Shown in pieces: positions 45,458 to 53,398 of a stretch of DNA of 64,000 bases. Position numbers and translations under genes: made by a program. The number at the start of each line of letters is the position of its first letter. Within the stretch, counting starts at the first letter, position 1. Source of the DNA: Candidatus Fervidifonticultor quintus (GTDB lineage Bacteria > Sysuimicrobiota > Sysuimicrobiia > Sysuimicrobiales > Humicultoraceae). The notes under the pieces were generated by a model. That model was not told the DNA's origin. It searched no databases and was given only the letters and a program-made list of their open reading frames with translations. The DNA lies in contig JAVKIJ010000004.1 of NCBI GenBank assembly GCA_031459535.1, forward strand, positions 79-64,078, in the 5' to 3' direction.

Positions 45458-45890
45458 CCGTGACATCGTTCAGCGGAAGATCACTCTGATCGCCGAAGAT
45501 CTGCTGCGCCTGCAACCTTTTGCGCGCCTGCCGCTCGAAGACTACCTGGCCCGCACCGAGGTGCAGCTGGCGACCGAACGGCTGCTGGAACGCGTGATCG
45601 GGCGGATGTTGGACATCAACTACCACCTGGCGGTGGAGCTCGGCGGAGTCGCCCCTCGAGATTTCCACGATTCGTTCCTGAAGCTGGTGGAGCTGGGTAT
45701 CTTGCCGGCGGAGTTCGCCCGGCGGATTGCACGGGCGGCAGGCCTGCGCAACCGTCTTGCCCACGAGTACAACGACCTGGACGCGGCCAAGGTGCACGAG
45801 GCGGCGGCCGGGACGTTGGCCGATGTCCCGGTCTACCTCGACGACGTGCAACAGTTCCTGGATCGCATGGCAATCGCCGACGGCCCCTGA
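45447..45890 (+). CDS. hepT: HepT-type (DUF86) RNase toxin
   Basis: 147 aa with the R-x4-HxY motif (RNRLAHEY) of HEPN/DUF86 toxins. Confidence 0.85.
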   Translation: MPVDRDIVQRKITLIAEDLLRLQPFARLPLEDYLARTEVQLATERLLERVIGRMLDINYHLAVELGGVAPRDFHDSFLKLVELGILPAEFARRIARAAGLRNRLAHEYNDLDAAKVHEAAAGTLADVPVYLDDVQQFLDRMAIADGP

Positions 45891-45910
45891 CCCACCAGCC
45901 ACTCCACGAG

Positions 45911-46240
45911 TCATCCGCGCCGCACCGCCGGCGCCTCCCACAACGACGGCAGCCCCTCCAACCGGCGCCAGCCTTCCCCTTCGCGCACGCGCTCGACGCG
46001 GAGTTCCTCGAAGTACTCGTCCAGTACCGCCGCGCGCTCCATCGCCAGCGGCGGGGAGCAGTAGTCTTCCTCCTCCCACACGGCCTCACCCGTCTGAGGG
46101 TCGCGCCGGGCGCCCTCCAGCGCCCGGGTCAGCGAACGGCCGAACGGGCGCATCGGTGTGAACTCGTGGCGGTCGAGCCGCGCGCGCAGTGCGGTCAGCC
46201 GGTCTTCCCGGGCGCGCGCACGCACCAGGTAGTACGCCAT
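45911..46240 (-). CDS. hypothetical protein
   Basis: ATG 46240 preceded by GGGGAGGG. Balanced composition (MAYYLVRARAREDRLTALRARLDRHEF...). The upstream part of the 495-aa track ORF overlaps the MFS gene out of frame and was rejected. Confidence 0.55.
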   Translation of the reverse strand: MAYYLVRARAREDRLTALRARLDRHEFTPMRPFGRSLTRALEGARRDPQTGEAVWEEEDYCSPPLAMERAAVLDEYFEELRVERVREGEGWRRLEGLPSLWEAPAVRRG

Positions 46241-46353
46241 GGCACCCTCCCCTTGTGATGGCGGGACGTTCTGCCCTGTAGCAACCGGAGACTCGGTGCG
46301 GGCATTCCTGCCGGCTGCGGGGTATGGGCGGCGGGTTGCCAACCCTAGAGGAT

Positions 46354-47682
46354 CTAGGGCTGACGTGCCGCCGCGCCGCCAAGCGCCAGTCCGCACGCCA
46401 GCGCTAGTACGGTGAGCGCCACGCCTGGTACGAAGAAGACGCCGAAGCCCCAGCGATCCACGACCCATCCGTAGAGCGGCGGCGCCACCAGCCCACCCAG
46501 GGCGCCGGTCGCTCCCCACAGGCCCGAGTAGAGGCCCACGCGGCGGGCGGGGATCAACTCCAGCAGCACCGGGTACGCGTTGGTCAGGAACAGTGCCCAC
46601 GCCAGTCCCCCCAGGAGCAGGGCGGCGGTGAGCGGGCCGGGCGCCTGCGCGGCGTGCGCCAGGAGGAACGCGCCCACAGTGCCGGCCAGCCCTGCCCGCA
46701 GGGCGCGCACGCGGCCGAAGCGGTCGCCCACTGCGCCCGCGGGCACGGCGGCAGCGATAAAGGTCAGTACGAAGACGCCCAGGAGCCCGGCGGCCCCGGC
46801 GGCGTCCAGGCCCAAGCGATGGACGCCGAACCGTGTGAACATGTTCTGCACACCGTTCAGCGCCGCCACCGCGCAGAATCCAAGCACCGCTAACAGGAGC
46901 AGCGCCCGGTGCCGGCGCACCTCGCGGCCCACGGCCACCACGCCGCGCCACCAGCCGGAGCCCCCGGGCCGAGGGCATCGCGCCTCGGCCCGACCGGCCA
47001 CCGCGTCGCGGCGTTCGCGGATTGTGAGCACGATGGCCGCCAGCGCCGCGAGCATCGCCAGGCTTGCGCCGTGGAAGGGTAGGGTGGGGAGTATGCGCGA
47101 GGCCGGCGCCAGCGCGAAGAACGCCAGCATGGCGCCGCACCCGGCCAGCGCGTTGATGATGCCGGTGGCGCGCCCGCGGTACGGCTGCGGCGTGATGTCG
47201 GGCATGAGCGCCATCATGGGCGCCGCCGCCGCGGCCAGCGCCAGGTTCATGAGCGCGGTAGCCGCCAGTAGCGGGCCGAGGCCGGTCGCCCTGGGAATCA
47301 GGGAGAAGCACAGGGCGGCCAACGGCATGCCCGCGGCCAGGAACGGGATGCGCCGCCCCCAGCCCGTGGCAGTGCGGTCGCTGAGGGTGGCGAACCACGG
47401 TCCCAGCAGCACGGCTGTGGCGTCGTCCAGCACCATGACCAGACCGATCCTCGCGTTGCTCTCGACGAACCGGCCGTACAGCAGCGGGAGGTAGACGTTG
47501 TACGTCGCCCAGGTGAGCTGCGTCGCCAGGGCACCCAGACCCAGGGCGAGGGTGCGGACGGTCAAGGCCGCGGCGGCTCCTCGAGCAGGCGGTCGAGCAG
47601 GCCCGCCAGTCGGAGTACCTCGGGCGGATCTCCTTGACCAGTCCTGGACAACATGAGCGGAACGTCCTTCGGTTTCAATCAT
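46354..47682 (-). CDS. MFS transporter
   Basis: 442 aa, about 12 hydrophobic segments, MFS loop motif (LSDRTATGWGRRIPF). Confidence 0.85.
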   Translation of the reverse strand: MIETEGRSAHVVQDWSRRSARGTPTGGPARPPARGAAAALTVRTLALGLGALATQLTWATYNVYLPLLYGRFVESNARIGLVMVLDDATAVLLGPWFATLSDRTATGWGRRIPFLAAGMPLAALCFSLIPRATGLGPLLAATALMNLALAAAAAPMMALMPDITPQPYRGRATGIINALAGCGAMLAFFALAPASRILPTLPFHGASLAMLAALAAIVLTIRERRDAVAGRAEARCPRPGGSGWWRGVVAVGREVRRHRALLLLAVLGFCAVAALNGVQNMFTRFGVHRLGLDAAGAAGLLGVFVLTFIAAAVPAGAVGDRFGRVRALRAGLAGTVGAFLLAHAAQAPGPLTAALLLGGLAWALFLTNAYPVLLELIPARRVGLYSGLWGATGALGGLVAPPLYGWVVDRWGFGVFFVPGVALTVLALACGLALGGAAARQP

Positions 47683-47746
47683 ACCGGACTCAACGAGGAA
47701 CGCTTTAGAAACGCCACACCTGGTAAGGGTGCAAGCGGCACCATCT

Positions 47747-47792
47747 GCGCCTGCGCCGCCTGTTGGACTGGCGAGCGCGCCTGCGCCGCCTG
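47747..47792. repeat. two exact 16-nt direct repeats GCGCCTGCGCCGCCTG with a 30-nt period
   Basis: Copies at 47747-47762 and 47777-47792, in the gap between the SARP-like ORF and the MFS operon start. Confidence 0.7.
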
Positions 47793-47835
47793 GTCGCGGT
47801 CCTGACGTCTCGCGAACCCGCCGCCTGGCTCGCTC

Positions 47836-48222
47836 TCAGGCAACTGTACGAGCTCGCACCTCGGGAAGGCTGCGTCGGAGTTCCAGCACGAGCTTGCGCA
47901 GGTTGGTGCGGGCCCGACCTTCGGGCGAGTCTGGCCAGAAGAGCGCCGCGAGCCGCTGCCGCGGCTGTGGGCCCGGATGGAGCATCAGGTAGGCCAGCAG
48001 CGACTGTACCCTGGCCGAAGCGATCGGCACCACCGCCCCGTCGGGATCGGCGAGGCGGAATCCACCCAGCAACTGGATGCTGAACGGGCTGGCGGGCGCG
48101 TCGTCTGACACCGCGGCCTCCGGCCGGCGCGATGGCCTGTAGGCTTCCCCGGCGGTCCGCGCAGTTCCTCCGGGCCACCGTGCTGCCAGGGCTTGTGCGC
48201 TGCTCTGTCTTTCGGCTCGCAT
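47836..48222 (-). CDS. SARP/AfsR-type winged-helix DNA-binding domain only (truncated or stand-alone)
   Basis: IQLLGGFRLADPDG..VPIASARVQSLLAYLMLHP...RQRLAALFWPD....ARTNLRKLVLELRRSL is the N-terminal wHTH of SARP/BTAD regulators. The ORF stops before any BTAD/ATPase region. Confidence 0.45.
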   Translation of the reverse strand: MRAERQSSAQALAARWPGGTARTAGEAYRPSRRPEAAVSDDAPASPFSIQLLGGFRLADPDGAVVPIASARVQSLLAYLMLHPGPQPRQRLAALFWPDSPEGRARTNLRKLVLELRRSLPEVRARTVA

Positions 48223-48255
48223 AATGGGGAACACGGTTCTGTGGAGGGAAGAATC

Positions 48256-49549
48256 ATGCGCACCGCTCCAGTCATCGGCATTCTGTTGGCCTTCGCGTTC
48301 TCCTCGAGCCTGCTGTTGGGTCGGGCTCATGCTCAGTACGAGGATCTGATTGCCCGGGTCAAACCCGGTGTCGTCCTGGTCCAGGCCAGGCACGTGCGCG
48401 GCGCAGAGGGCCACGGGTCCGGATTTGTCTACGACCCTTCCGGGTTCATCCTCACCAACCAACACGTGGTCGCCGGGGCCCGGAGCATCACCGTGGTGCT
48501 CTCCGACGGCCGGAAGCTACCGGCGACCGTCGTGGACTACGTCCGCCGCATGGACTTTGCGTGCCCCCCCGCGGGTGGAGCGATGGATTGACGCGGCGAT
48601 CCTGAAAGTCGAGGCCGACGGCCTGCCCACGGTCCCGCTGGGGGACTCGGCGGCCCTGCGCCAGGGCCAGGAGGTGCTCGTCCTGGGCTACCCGGGCGGC
48701 GTCGGGACTGAAGAAGTGAGCGTCACGCGGGGCATCGTGGGCGCCCTCCGGGCGGGGTGGTTCCAGACCGACGCGACCATGCTCCCGGGCAACAGTGGCG
48801 GACCCGTGGTCGACCGGGACGGCCGGGTCGTCGGCCTCGCCACGTTCGGGACGGGCCAGTTCTTCAAGATCGGCGGCGCCGTGGCGATCAACAGCATCCG
48901 ACGCATGGCCGAGATTGCGCTGACCCAGGGCGCGCCGCGGGCACAAGAATTCCACGTGACCGGGCTCGGATACCTCAGCCCCATCGCCGTGGGGCGGAAG
49001 CGTCTTACCCGGGTGACCTATGACCCGGGCGCGACCGGCGGGCGAGGGGGGATCTACGAGTACACCTCCGAGATCACCCAGGTGGTCAACCTGGCCGGGG
49101 AGGTGCTCTATACCATCAGGGACAGCGACGGCGACGAATACCAGAACTTCCTCGACGCCGAAGGGCTCGTCCGCGTGGCGACCTCGATGAAGTCCTGGAA
49201 GTTCTCCTACCCGAGGCCACGCGTGCTGCTGGCGTTCCCCGTCTGCCCTGGCGTTGGCTGGAAGAACCAGTGGCTCCAGCAGAACCTCTCCAGCGGAGCC
49301 GTCTACCGCGTCGAGGAGAGCTCCAGGATCGAGAGCACGGGTGAATCAGTCTCCGTCCCTGCGGGGAACTTCGCGCAGGCCCTGGTGGAGCGAGGCAGCT
49401 TCGAGTGGGTGGACACCAAGGGGGGCCAGGTCGTCTGGCGGTCCGTCGCGGCCCACTGGTGGGCGGAGGGCGCCGGCGTCGTGCGCTCCACGGAAGAGCG
49501 CGAGGGAACCCGGGAGCGATGGGTGTCTGAGCTCGTGTCCCTGAAGTAG
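48256..49549 (+). pseudogene. trypsin-like (S1C/HtrA-like) serine protease with a non-PDZ C-terminal domain, interrupted by a frameshift
   Basis: GGAGGG then ATG 48256, signal peptide, His region LTNQHVV in frame 1 (stop at 48591). Asp region IDAAILKV and Ser region GNSGGPVV are in frame 2. A C7 run at 48564-48570 lies at the frame junction. Confidence 0.75.
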
Positions 49550-49585
49550 CCAGCGGCACGGGGCAGGAGAAATCGAGAGAGATAG
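49483..49585 (+). repeat. direct repeat copy A (3' end of the protease gene plus ~36 nt downstream)
   Basis: Aligns with 50336-50435. The first 66 nt are 60/66 identical by hand count. The tail shares AAATCGAGAGAG..ATAG, with small indels. Confidence 0.85.
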
Positions 49586-49601
49586 CGTCCTGCTAGGATC
49601 C

Positions 49602-50114
49602 TCAAGTTAGGTGCTCGATCTTGAGACCGAGGAAGCGGCGGAAGCCCCGGTCTTCGGTGAGCAGCACGCGGACGCCGTGTTCCCGGCACAGCGCAGCAAT
49701 TTGGGCGTCGAATGCCAGGTTCCCCGCGGCGCGCGCCTCGTACGCCACCTCCCGGAACAGCGGCCAGTACCGCTCCCCGGGAGACAAGATCTGGAGGCTG
49801 GGACTGGCGACCAGAGCCGCAAGGGCGTCGAGCGCTTCGTTCAGGGGCGAGGGCGGGCGGAGGATCCGCGGGTGGGTGACGACGCGCACGAATTCGCCAA
49901 GACAGACTACCGGTATCGCCCACGTCGAGGGTCCCTCGGCCAGTTCCGCCAGGCGCCGGAGCGCCCGGGTGTGGAGCGGGAGTTCCTCACGGTGGGCGTA
50001 AACCAGAATGTTGGTGTCGACGGCGATCAGCGGCGTTCCTCCATCACTTCCAGGAGCGCGTCGCGGTCGGCGATGTCGGCGGCGGGTGGTCCCTCCCCGC
50101 GGCGGACCGGCCAC
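49602..50114 (-). CDS. vapC: PIN-domain toxin VapC
   Basis: LIAVDTNILVY...GEFVRVVTHP...AFDAQIAALCREHGVRVLLTEDRGF. The true start is probably near 50045 (no canonical start codon found there); the track start at 50114 would overlap vapB by 88 nt. Confidence 0.8.
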   Translation of the reverse strand: MAGPPRGGTTRRRHRRPRRAPGSDGGTPLIAVDTNILVYAHREELPLHTRALRRLAELAEGPSTWAIPVVCLGEFVRVVTHPRILRPPSPLNEALDALAALVASPSLQILSPGERYWPLFREVAYEARAAGNLAFDAQIAALCREHGVRVLLTEDRGFRRFLGLKIEHLT

Positions 50115-50263
50115 CGCAGGCGATAGGGGCGATGACCCCGGCGCCGGGTCAGGAAGAGCCTCAGCGCTTCCTCGAAGAGCGCGGTGAGGGTGCGGCCTTC
50201 CTGAGCCGCCCTCTTCTTGGCCTCGCGCAGGAGGCTGTCATTGAGGTTGAGCGTGGTGCGCAC
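50027..50263 (-). CDS. vapB: VapB-type antitoxin
   Basis: 78 aa. MRTTLNLNDSLLREAKKRAAQEGRTLTALFEEALRLFL is a typical type II antitoxin N-terminus. GTG start, located directly upstream of vapC. Confidence 0.8.
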   Translation of the reverse strand: MRTTLNLNDSLLREAKKRAAQEGRTLTALFEEALRLFLTRRRGHRPYRLRWPVRRGEGPPAADIADRDALLEVMEERR

Positions 50264-50298
50264 CGGTGCGTACCTTCGGGCTCATGGGGTCACATACA

Positions 50299-50327
50299 AA
50301 CATACTCATTCCCTCATATATCTGCAA
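50299..50327 (-). promoter_or_regulatory. candidate vapBC promoter (TTGCAG-17-TATGTT) in an AT-rich patch
   Basis: Reverse strand reads TTGCAG, a 17-nt spacer, then TATGTT, ending 36 nt upstream of the vapB GTG. Local composition is much more AT-rich than the surroundings. Confidence 0.35.
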
Positions 50328-50335
50328 GCCATCGC

Positions 50336-50435
50336 GCGATCCACGGAAGAGCGCGACGGAACCCGGGAGCGAGGGGTCTCTGAGCTCGTCGCCCTGAAGT
50401 ACGCGGCGGCCCGGGCAGAAATCGAGAGAGAATAG
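50336..50435 (+). repeat. direct repeat copy B (orphan copy of the protease 3' end)
   Basis: Encodes RSTEERDGTRERGVSELVALK versus RSTEEREGTRERWVSELVSLK in copy A. The stop TAG is changed to TAC. Confidence 0.85.
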
Positions 50436-50522
50436 AGAGAATGGGAGGAGGTTGGCCCCGGATCACAGAATCTTTGGCTAACGTGTATTAGCGAGCATCA
50501 CATCCCTCGCCGTTGGTGGGAA

Positions 50523-51068
50523 GTGAGCCGGTCTCATTCCTGCAGCCGTCCTATCCCGGTCGACCCCGGCGGCGCCGCCTGGTTCGTCGTCCAGACGAAG
50601 CCCCGCGCCGAAGACCAGGCGCAGCAGTTCCTCCATCGGCGCGCTGTCCATACGTTCCTGCCCCGGCTGCTGGTGCGCAGGCGCCACGGCTCTCGGCGGT
50701 GGCAGGCCCTCGAGCCGCTGTTTCCGGGCTATCTGTTCTGCCACTTCGCGCCCGTTCCAGAAACAGTTGCACGGGTGCAGTGGACGCCCGGCGTGCGCCG
50801 TCTGCTGGGCGATGACGACGGCCCGATTCCCATTGACCGCGAGATCATCGACTATCTCAAGGCGCGGCAAGCGATAGACGGCTACATTGCCGCCGGCCGG
50901 CCGCTGGCGCCCGGCGATCGGGTGCGGTTCGTCGGGGGTCCGTTCGCGTTGCTGGAAGGCATCATCGAGCGGCCGACGACGCGCGCCGAACGGGTGCGGG
51001 TGCTGCTCTCACTGATGGGCACCTCGGTGGTCGTGGAGGTTGACGAGGCGGTCCTGGAACGGTGCTGA
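50523..51068 (+). CDS. NusG-paralogue transcription antiterminator (RfaH/LoaP/UpxY-like)
   Basis: NGN-like WFVVQTKPRAE...EPLFPGYLF and KOW-like GDRVRFVGGPFALLEGIIE. First gene of the polysaccharide locus. Confidence 0.8.
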   Translation: MSRSHSCSRPIPVDPGGAAWFVVQTKPRAEDQAQQFLHRRAVHTFLPRLLVRRRHGSRRWQALEPLFPGYLFCHFAPVPETVARVQWTPGVRRLLGDDDGPIPIDREIIDYLKARQAIDGYIAAGRPLAPGDRVRFVGGPFALLEGIIERPTTRAERVRVLLSLMGTSVVVEVDEAVLERC

Positions 51069-51207
51069 TGGGGGGCAGCGCCGGCCGGTAGCCTGCCTCG
51101 CCGGACATGCAGTCGAGCTCGGCACAATTCAGGGGTGACCGGGGGTCAGGGGTGCGTGCCCCAGCGGCGGAGCCATGCCCGGGCCCCGAGCATGCTGGAG
51201 GCGGGCG

Positions 51208-51438
51208 ATGAGCATAACTCCCCCGCGCGCAGGCCGCATCGTCCCCGGGTCGGTCACGGTGCCGGGCGGCGAGCAGGCCCTGCGTCCGTGCGAGGCCAAG
51301 CTGCTGGCGTACATTCGCAACCACTGGGCCCTGGACTTCGGCACGCGGGAGGTCAGGTTGGTCATTGAATACCAGGACGGCGTCCCGGTGCTGATCCGCG
51401 TGACGGGGAACATCGTCCGGGAGGAGAAGTTGAGATAA
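51208..51438 (+). CDS. small hypothetical protein (DUF2292/YezD-like?)
   Basis: ATG 51208 is 6 nt after GGAGG. C-terminal VRLVIEYQDGVPVLIRVTGNIVREEKL resembles YezD-like small proteins. Tentative. Confidence 0.4.
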   Translation: MSITPPRAGRIVPGSVTVPGGEQALRPCEAKLLAYIRNHWALDFGTREVRLVIEYQDGVPVLIRVTGNIVREEKLR

Positions 51439-51534
51439 GGAAGCGTGCACCCGCGCGGGCCGTACCGCGTCGGGACGAGGCACTGCACGGCGTAACCGAA
51501 TAACGACGGGACCGGGTTCCTGACCCGACGAAGC

Positions 51535-51604
51535 GGGAGGGGGCTGATCGTTGTTTCGCGCGCCGCATCCGGTGCGCAGACGTTCGGCCCCCTCCCGGTT
51601 TTCT
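51535..51604 (+). terminator. candidate intrinsic terminator/attenuator in the leader of the wza-like gene
   Basis: GGGAGGGGGC (51535-51544) pairs with GCCCCCTCCC (51587-51596). The interior can pair further (e.g. GCGCGCC/GGTGCGC). It is followed by GGTTTTCT. Confidence 0.45.
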
Positions 51605-51665
51605 CGAGACCGCAGTGCGCAGACGACGCCACGACAGCGGCAGACCCTCAGGGAGGTTACCCGCG

Positions 51666-52976
51666 ATGATGCGGCATGCGATTGACACGTTTCCGTCCGC
51701 CCGGCGGGCCTGGCCCGGGGCGACCCGGGGCGGCACCGCAATCGTGCGTAGCGCGGCCGTGCTGGTCGCCCTGCTGCTGGTCGGCCTGCTGCCCGGTGGC
51801 GCCCCCGCGCGGGCGCAGACCGGAGCACCGCCTCTCTCGGGCCTGTCAACTCCCGCCGCCACTCACGCGACCTACGTGCTCGGTCCCGAAGACGTGCTGG
51901 AGATCTCGGTGTGGGGATACCCCGACCTTACGCGCGTCGTCGCCGTGCTGCCCGACGGCCGCATCAGCGTGCCCCTGGTCGGCGCCGTGATGGCCGCTGG
52001 CCAGACCGTCGAGCAGCTCACCCGGGCGCTGGTGCGGGGCTTCGCGCGGTACATCCGCGAGCCGCAGGTCACGGTCATCGTCAAGGAGTTCCGCAAGGTG
52101 CGTGCCTCGGTGCTGGGCCAGGTGGCCAAGCCCGGGACGTACGCCCTGCCTCCCGGCGCACGGCTGCTCGACCTGATCTCGGCCGCGGGCGGCCTCACCG
52201 AGGTGGCGTCGTTGGGCGACGCCCAGCTGCTGCGCGGCAGGGGGCCGGCGCTGGTGGTCGACCTCGACCGCGTGTTGGCCGGCGACCCCGAGGCCAACGT
52301 GGAGCTGACGGGCGGCGAGACGCTGGTGGTCCGAGAAGACCTGGTCAACATCGTCAACGTCGCCGGCGAGGTGGTCAAGCCCGGGCGCTACCGCCTCAAG
52401 GGCGAGATGCGCGTGCTCGACGTCCTGCTGCTGGCGGGCGGCCTCACGGAGCGGGCTTCGGTCACCGCGGCGCGGCTAGTCCGGGGCGGCGAGGCCCACG
52501 ACTTGGCCCTCGACGCCCTGCTGCTGCGCCAGGACATGAGCCACAACGTGCGCCTGCGCCCCGGCGACACGATACTCGTGCCCGAAGAGACCAACAACAA
52601 GGTCTACGTGCTGGGCGACGTCAACAGCCCCGGCGTCTTCCCCCTCAAGGGCGAGGTCACGCTGTTGCAGGCCGTGGCCATGGCGGGTGGTCCGGTGCAG
52701 CGTGGACCGGCCACGGCCCGCACGATTCACATCGTGCGCCGGGGTGCGGTCGAACGCGCGGTGGTGGCGGGCGCGGCGAGCGGCATTCGGGTCGAGGCGA
52801 TCCCGGGCGGCCGGGCGCTGATCAGCGCCGACCTGCAGAACTTGTTGCGCAACAGCGCGACCCGTGATATCAGCGTGCAGCCCGGCGACGTGATCGTCGT
52901 GCCGCAGTCCGGGCTCACGGGCCTGCAGGTCGCCCTCAACATCCTGGCCGGGCTCGTCTGGCCGTTCCGCTGGTAG
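51666..52976 (+). CDS. wza: polysaccharide export protein (Wza/OPX-like, Poly_export + SLBB repeats)
   Basis: GGGAGG 9 nt upstream of ATG 51666. YVLGPEDVLEISVWGYPDL...LPDGRISVPLVGAVMAAGQTVEQL, and repeated V.V.GEV..PG.Y SLBB-like units. Confidence 0.85.
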   Translation: MMRHAIDTFPSARRAWPGATRGGTAIVRSAAVLVALLLVGLLPGGAPARAQTGAPPLSGLSTPAATHATYVLGPEDVLEISVWGYPDLTRVVAVLPDGRISVPLVGAVMAAGQTVEQLTRALVRGFARYIREPQVTVIVKEFRKVRASVLGQVAKPGTYALPPGARLLDLISAAGGLTEVASLGDAQLLRGRGPALVVDLDRVLAGDPEANVELTGGETLVVREDLVNIVNVAGEVVKPGRYRLKGEMRVLDVLLLAGGLTERASVTAARLVRGGEAHDLALDALLLRQDMSHNVRLRPGDTILVPEETNNKVYVLGDVNSPGVFPLKGEVTLLQAVAMAGGPVQRGPATARTIHIVRRGAVERAVVAGAASGIRVEAIPGGRALISADLQNLLRNSATRDISVQPGDVIVVPQSGLTGLQVALNILAGLVWPFRW

Positions 52977-53006
52977 GATGGTTGAGGCGGCACGAGGTTA
53001 GTGACG

Positions 53007-53357
53007 ATGCCGATCTACGAGTACCGTTGCGGCGACTGTCGGGCGCGCTTTTCGGTCTTCTTCCTGCCGCCCGAGCGACCCGACCCGCGCTGCCGGCGCT
53101 GCGGCAGCACCAACGCCGTCCGCCTCATGTCCCGCTTCTCGATGGTGCGCTCCGACGAGGCGCGTCTGGACGCCCTGGCTGACGACCCCGACCTCGCCAG
53201 TGTGGACGAGTCGGACCCGCGCAGCGTCGCGCGCTGGATGAAGCGCATGGGACGCGAGATGGGCGAAGACCTGGGCCCCGGGTTCGACGAGGCCCTGGAG
53301 ACCATGGAGCAGGGCGGCGGTGAGGGCGAGGTAGCGGACGCAGAGCCGCCCGACTGA
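53007..53357 (+). CDS. FmdB-family zinc-ribbon protein
   Basis: MPIYEYRCGDCRARF...CRRCGS (CxxC-x-CxxC) followed by an acidic tail. Confidence 0.8.
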   Translation: MPIYEYRCGDCRARFSVFFLPPERPDPRCRRCGSTNAVRLMSRFSMVRSDEARLDALADDPDLASVDESDPRSVARWMKRMGREMGEDLGPGFDEALETMEQGGGEGEVADAEPPD

Positions 53358-53398
53358 GTGGTGCAGCCTGGTGGGTGCTGCGGCGTGCGGGCTCTTTC

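Noticed and set aside
46343-46359. Small palindrome CCCTAGA-GGA-TCTAGGG overlapping the MFS stop codon
   Set aside because: Only a 7-bp stem with A/T pairs and no T-tract. Too weak to call a terminator or regulatory hairpin.
46981-46995. 10-nt match (CGGCCCGACC) to the 3' end of tRNA-Pro inside the MFS gene, considered as a possible attR
   Set aside because: Too short for this base composition. It lies inside an intact coding sequence, and there is no integrase to go with it.
46241-47398. Upstream 386 codons of track ORF 45911-47398
   Set aside because: They overlap the MFS transporter gene in another frame and are Arg/Gly/Pro-rich. Only the last 109 codons, from ATG 46240 with a GGGGAGGG SD, look like a real gene.
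50436-50522. Promoter for the NusG-paralogue gene in the lower-GC stretch upstream of 50523
   Set aside because: Several TTGGCN and TATTAG-like hexamers are present, but none combine with acceptable 16-18 nt spacing. Left unannotated.
51084-51095. ops-like sequence GCCGGTAGCCTG just downstream of the NusG paralogue gene
   Set aside because: It resembles the enterobacterial RfaH ops core GGCGGTAG but has a mismatch in the core. In ~70% GC DNA such a match is expected by chance, and NusG paralogues outside Enterobacteria use different recruitment signals. It is not reportable without conservation data.
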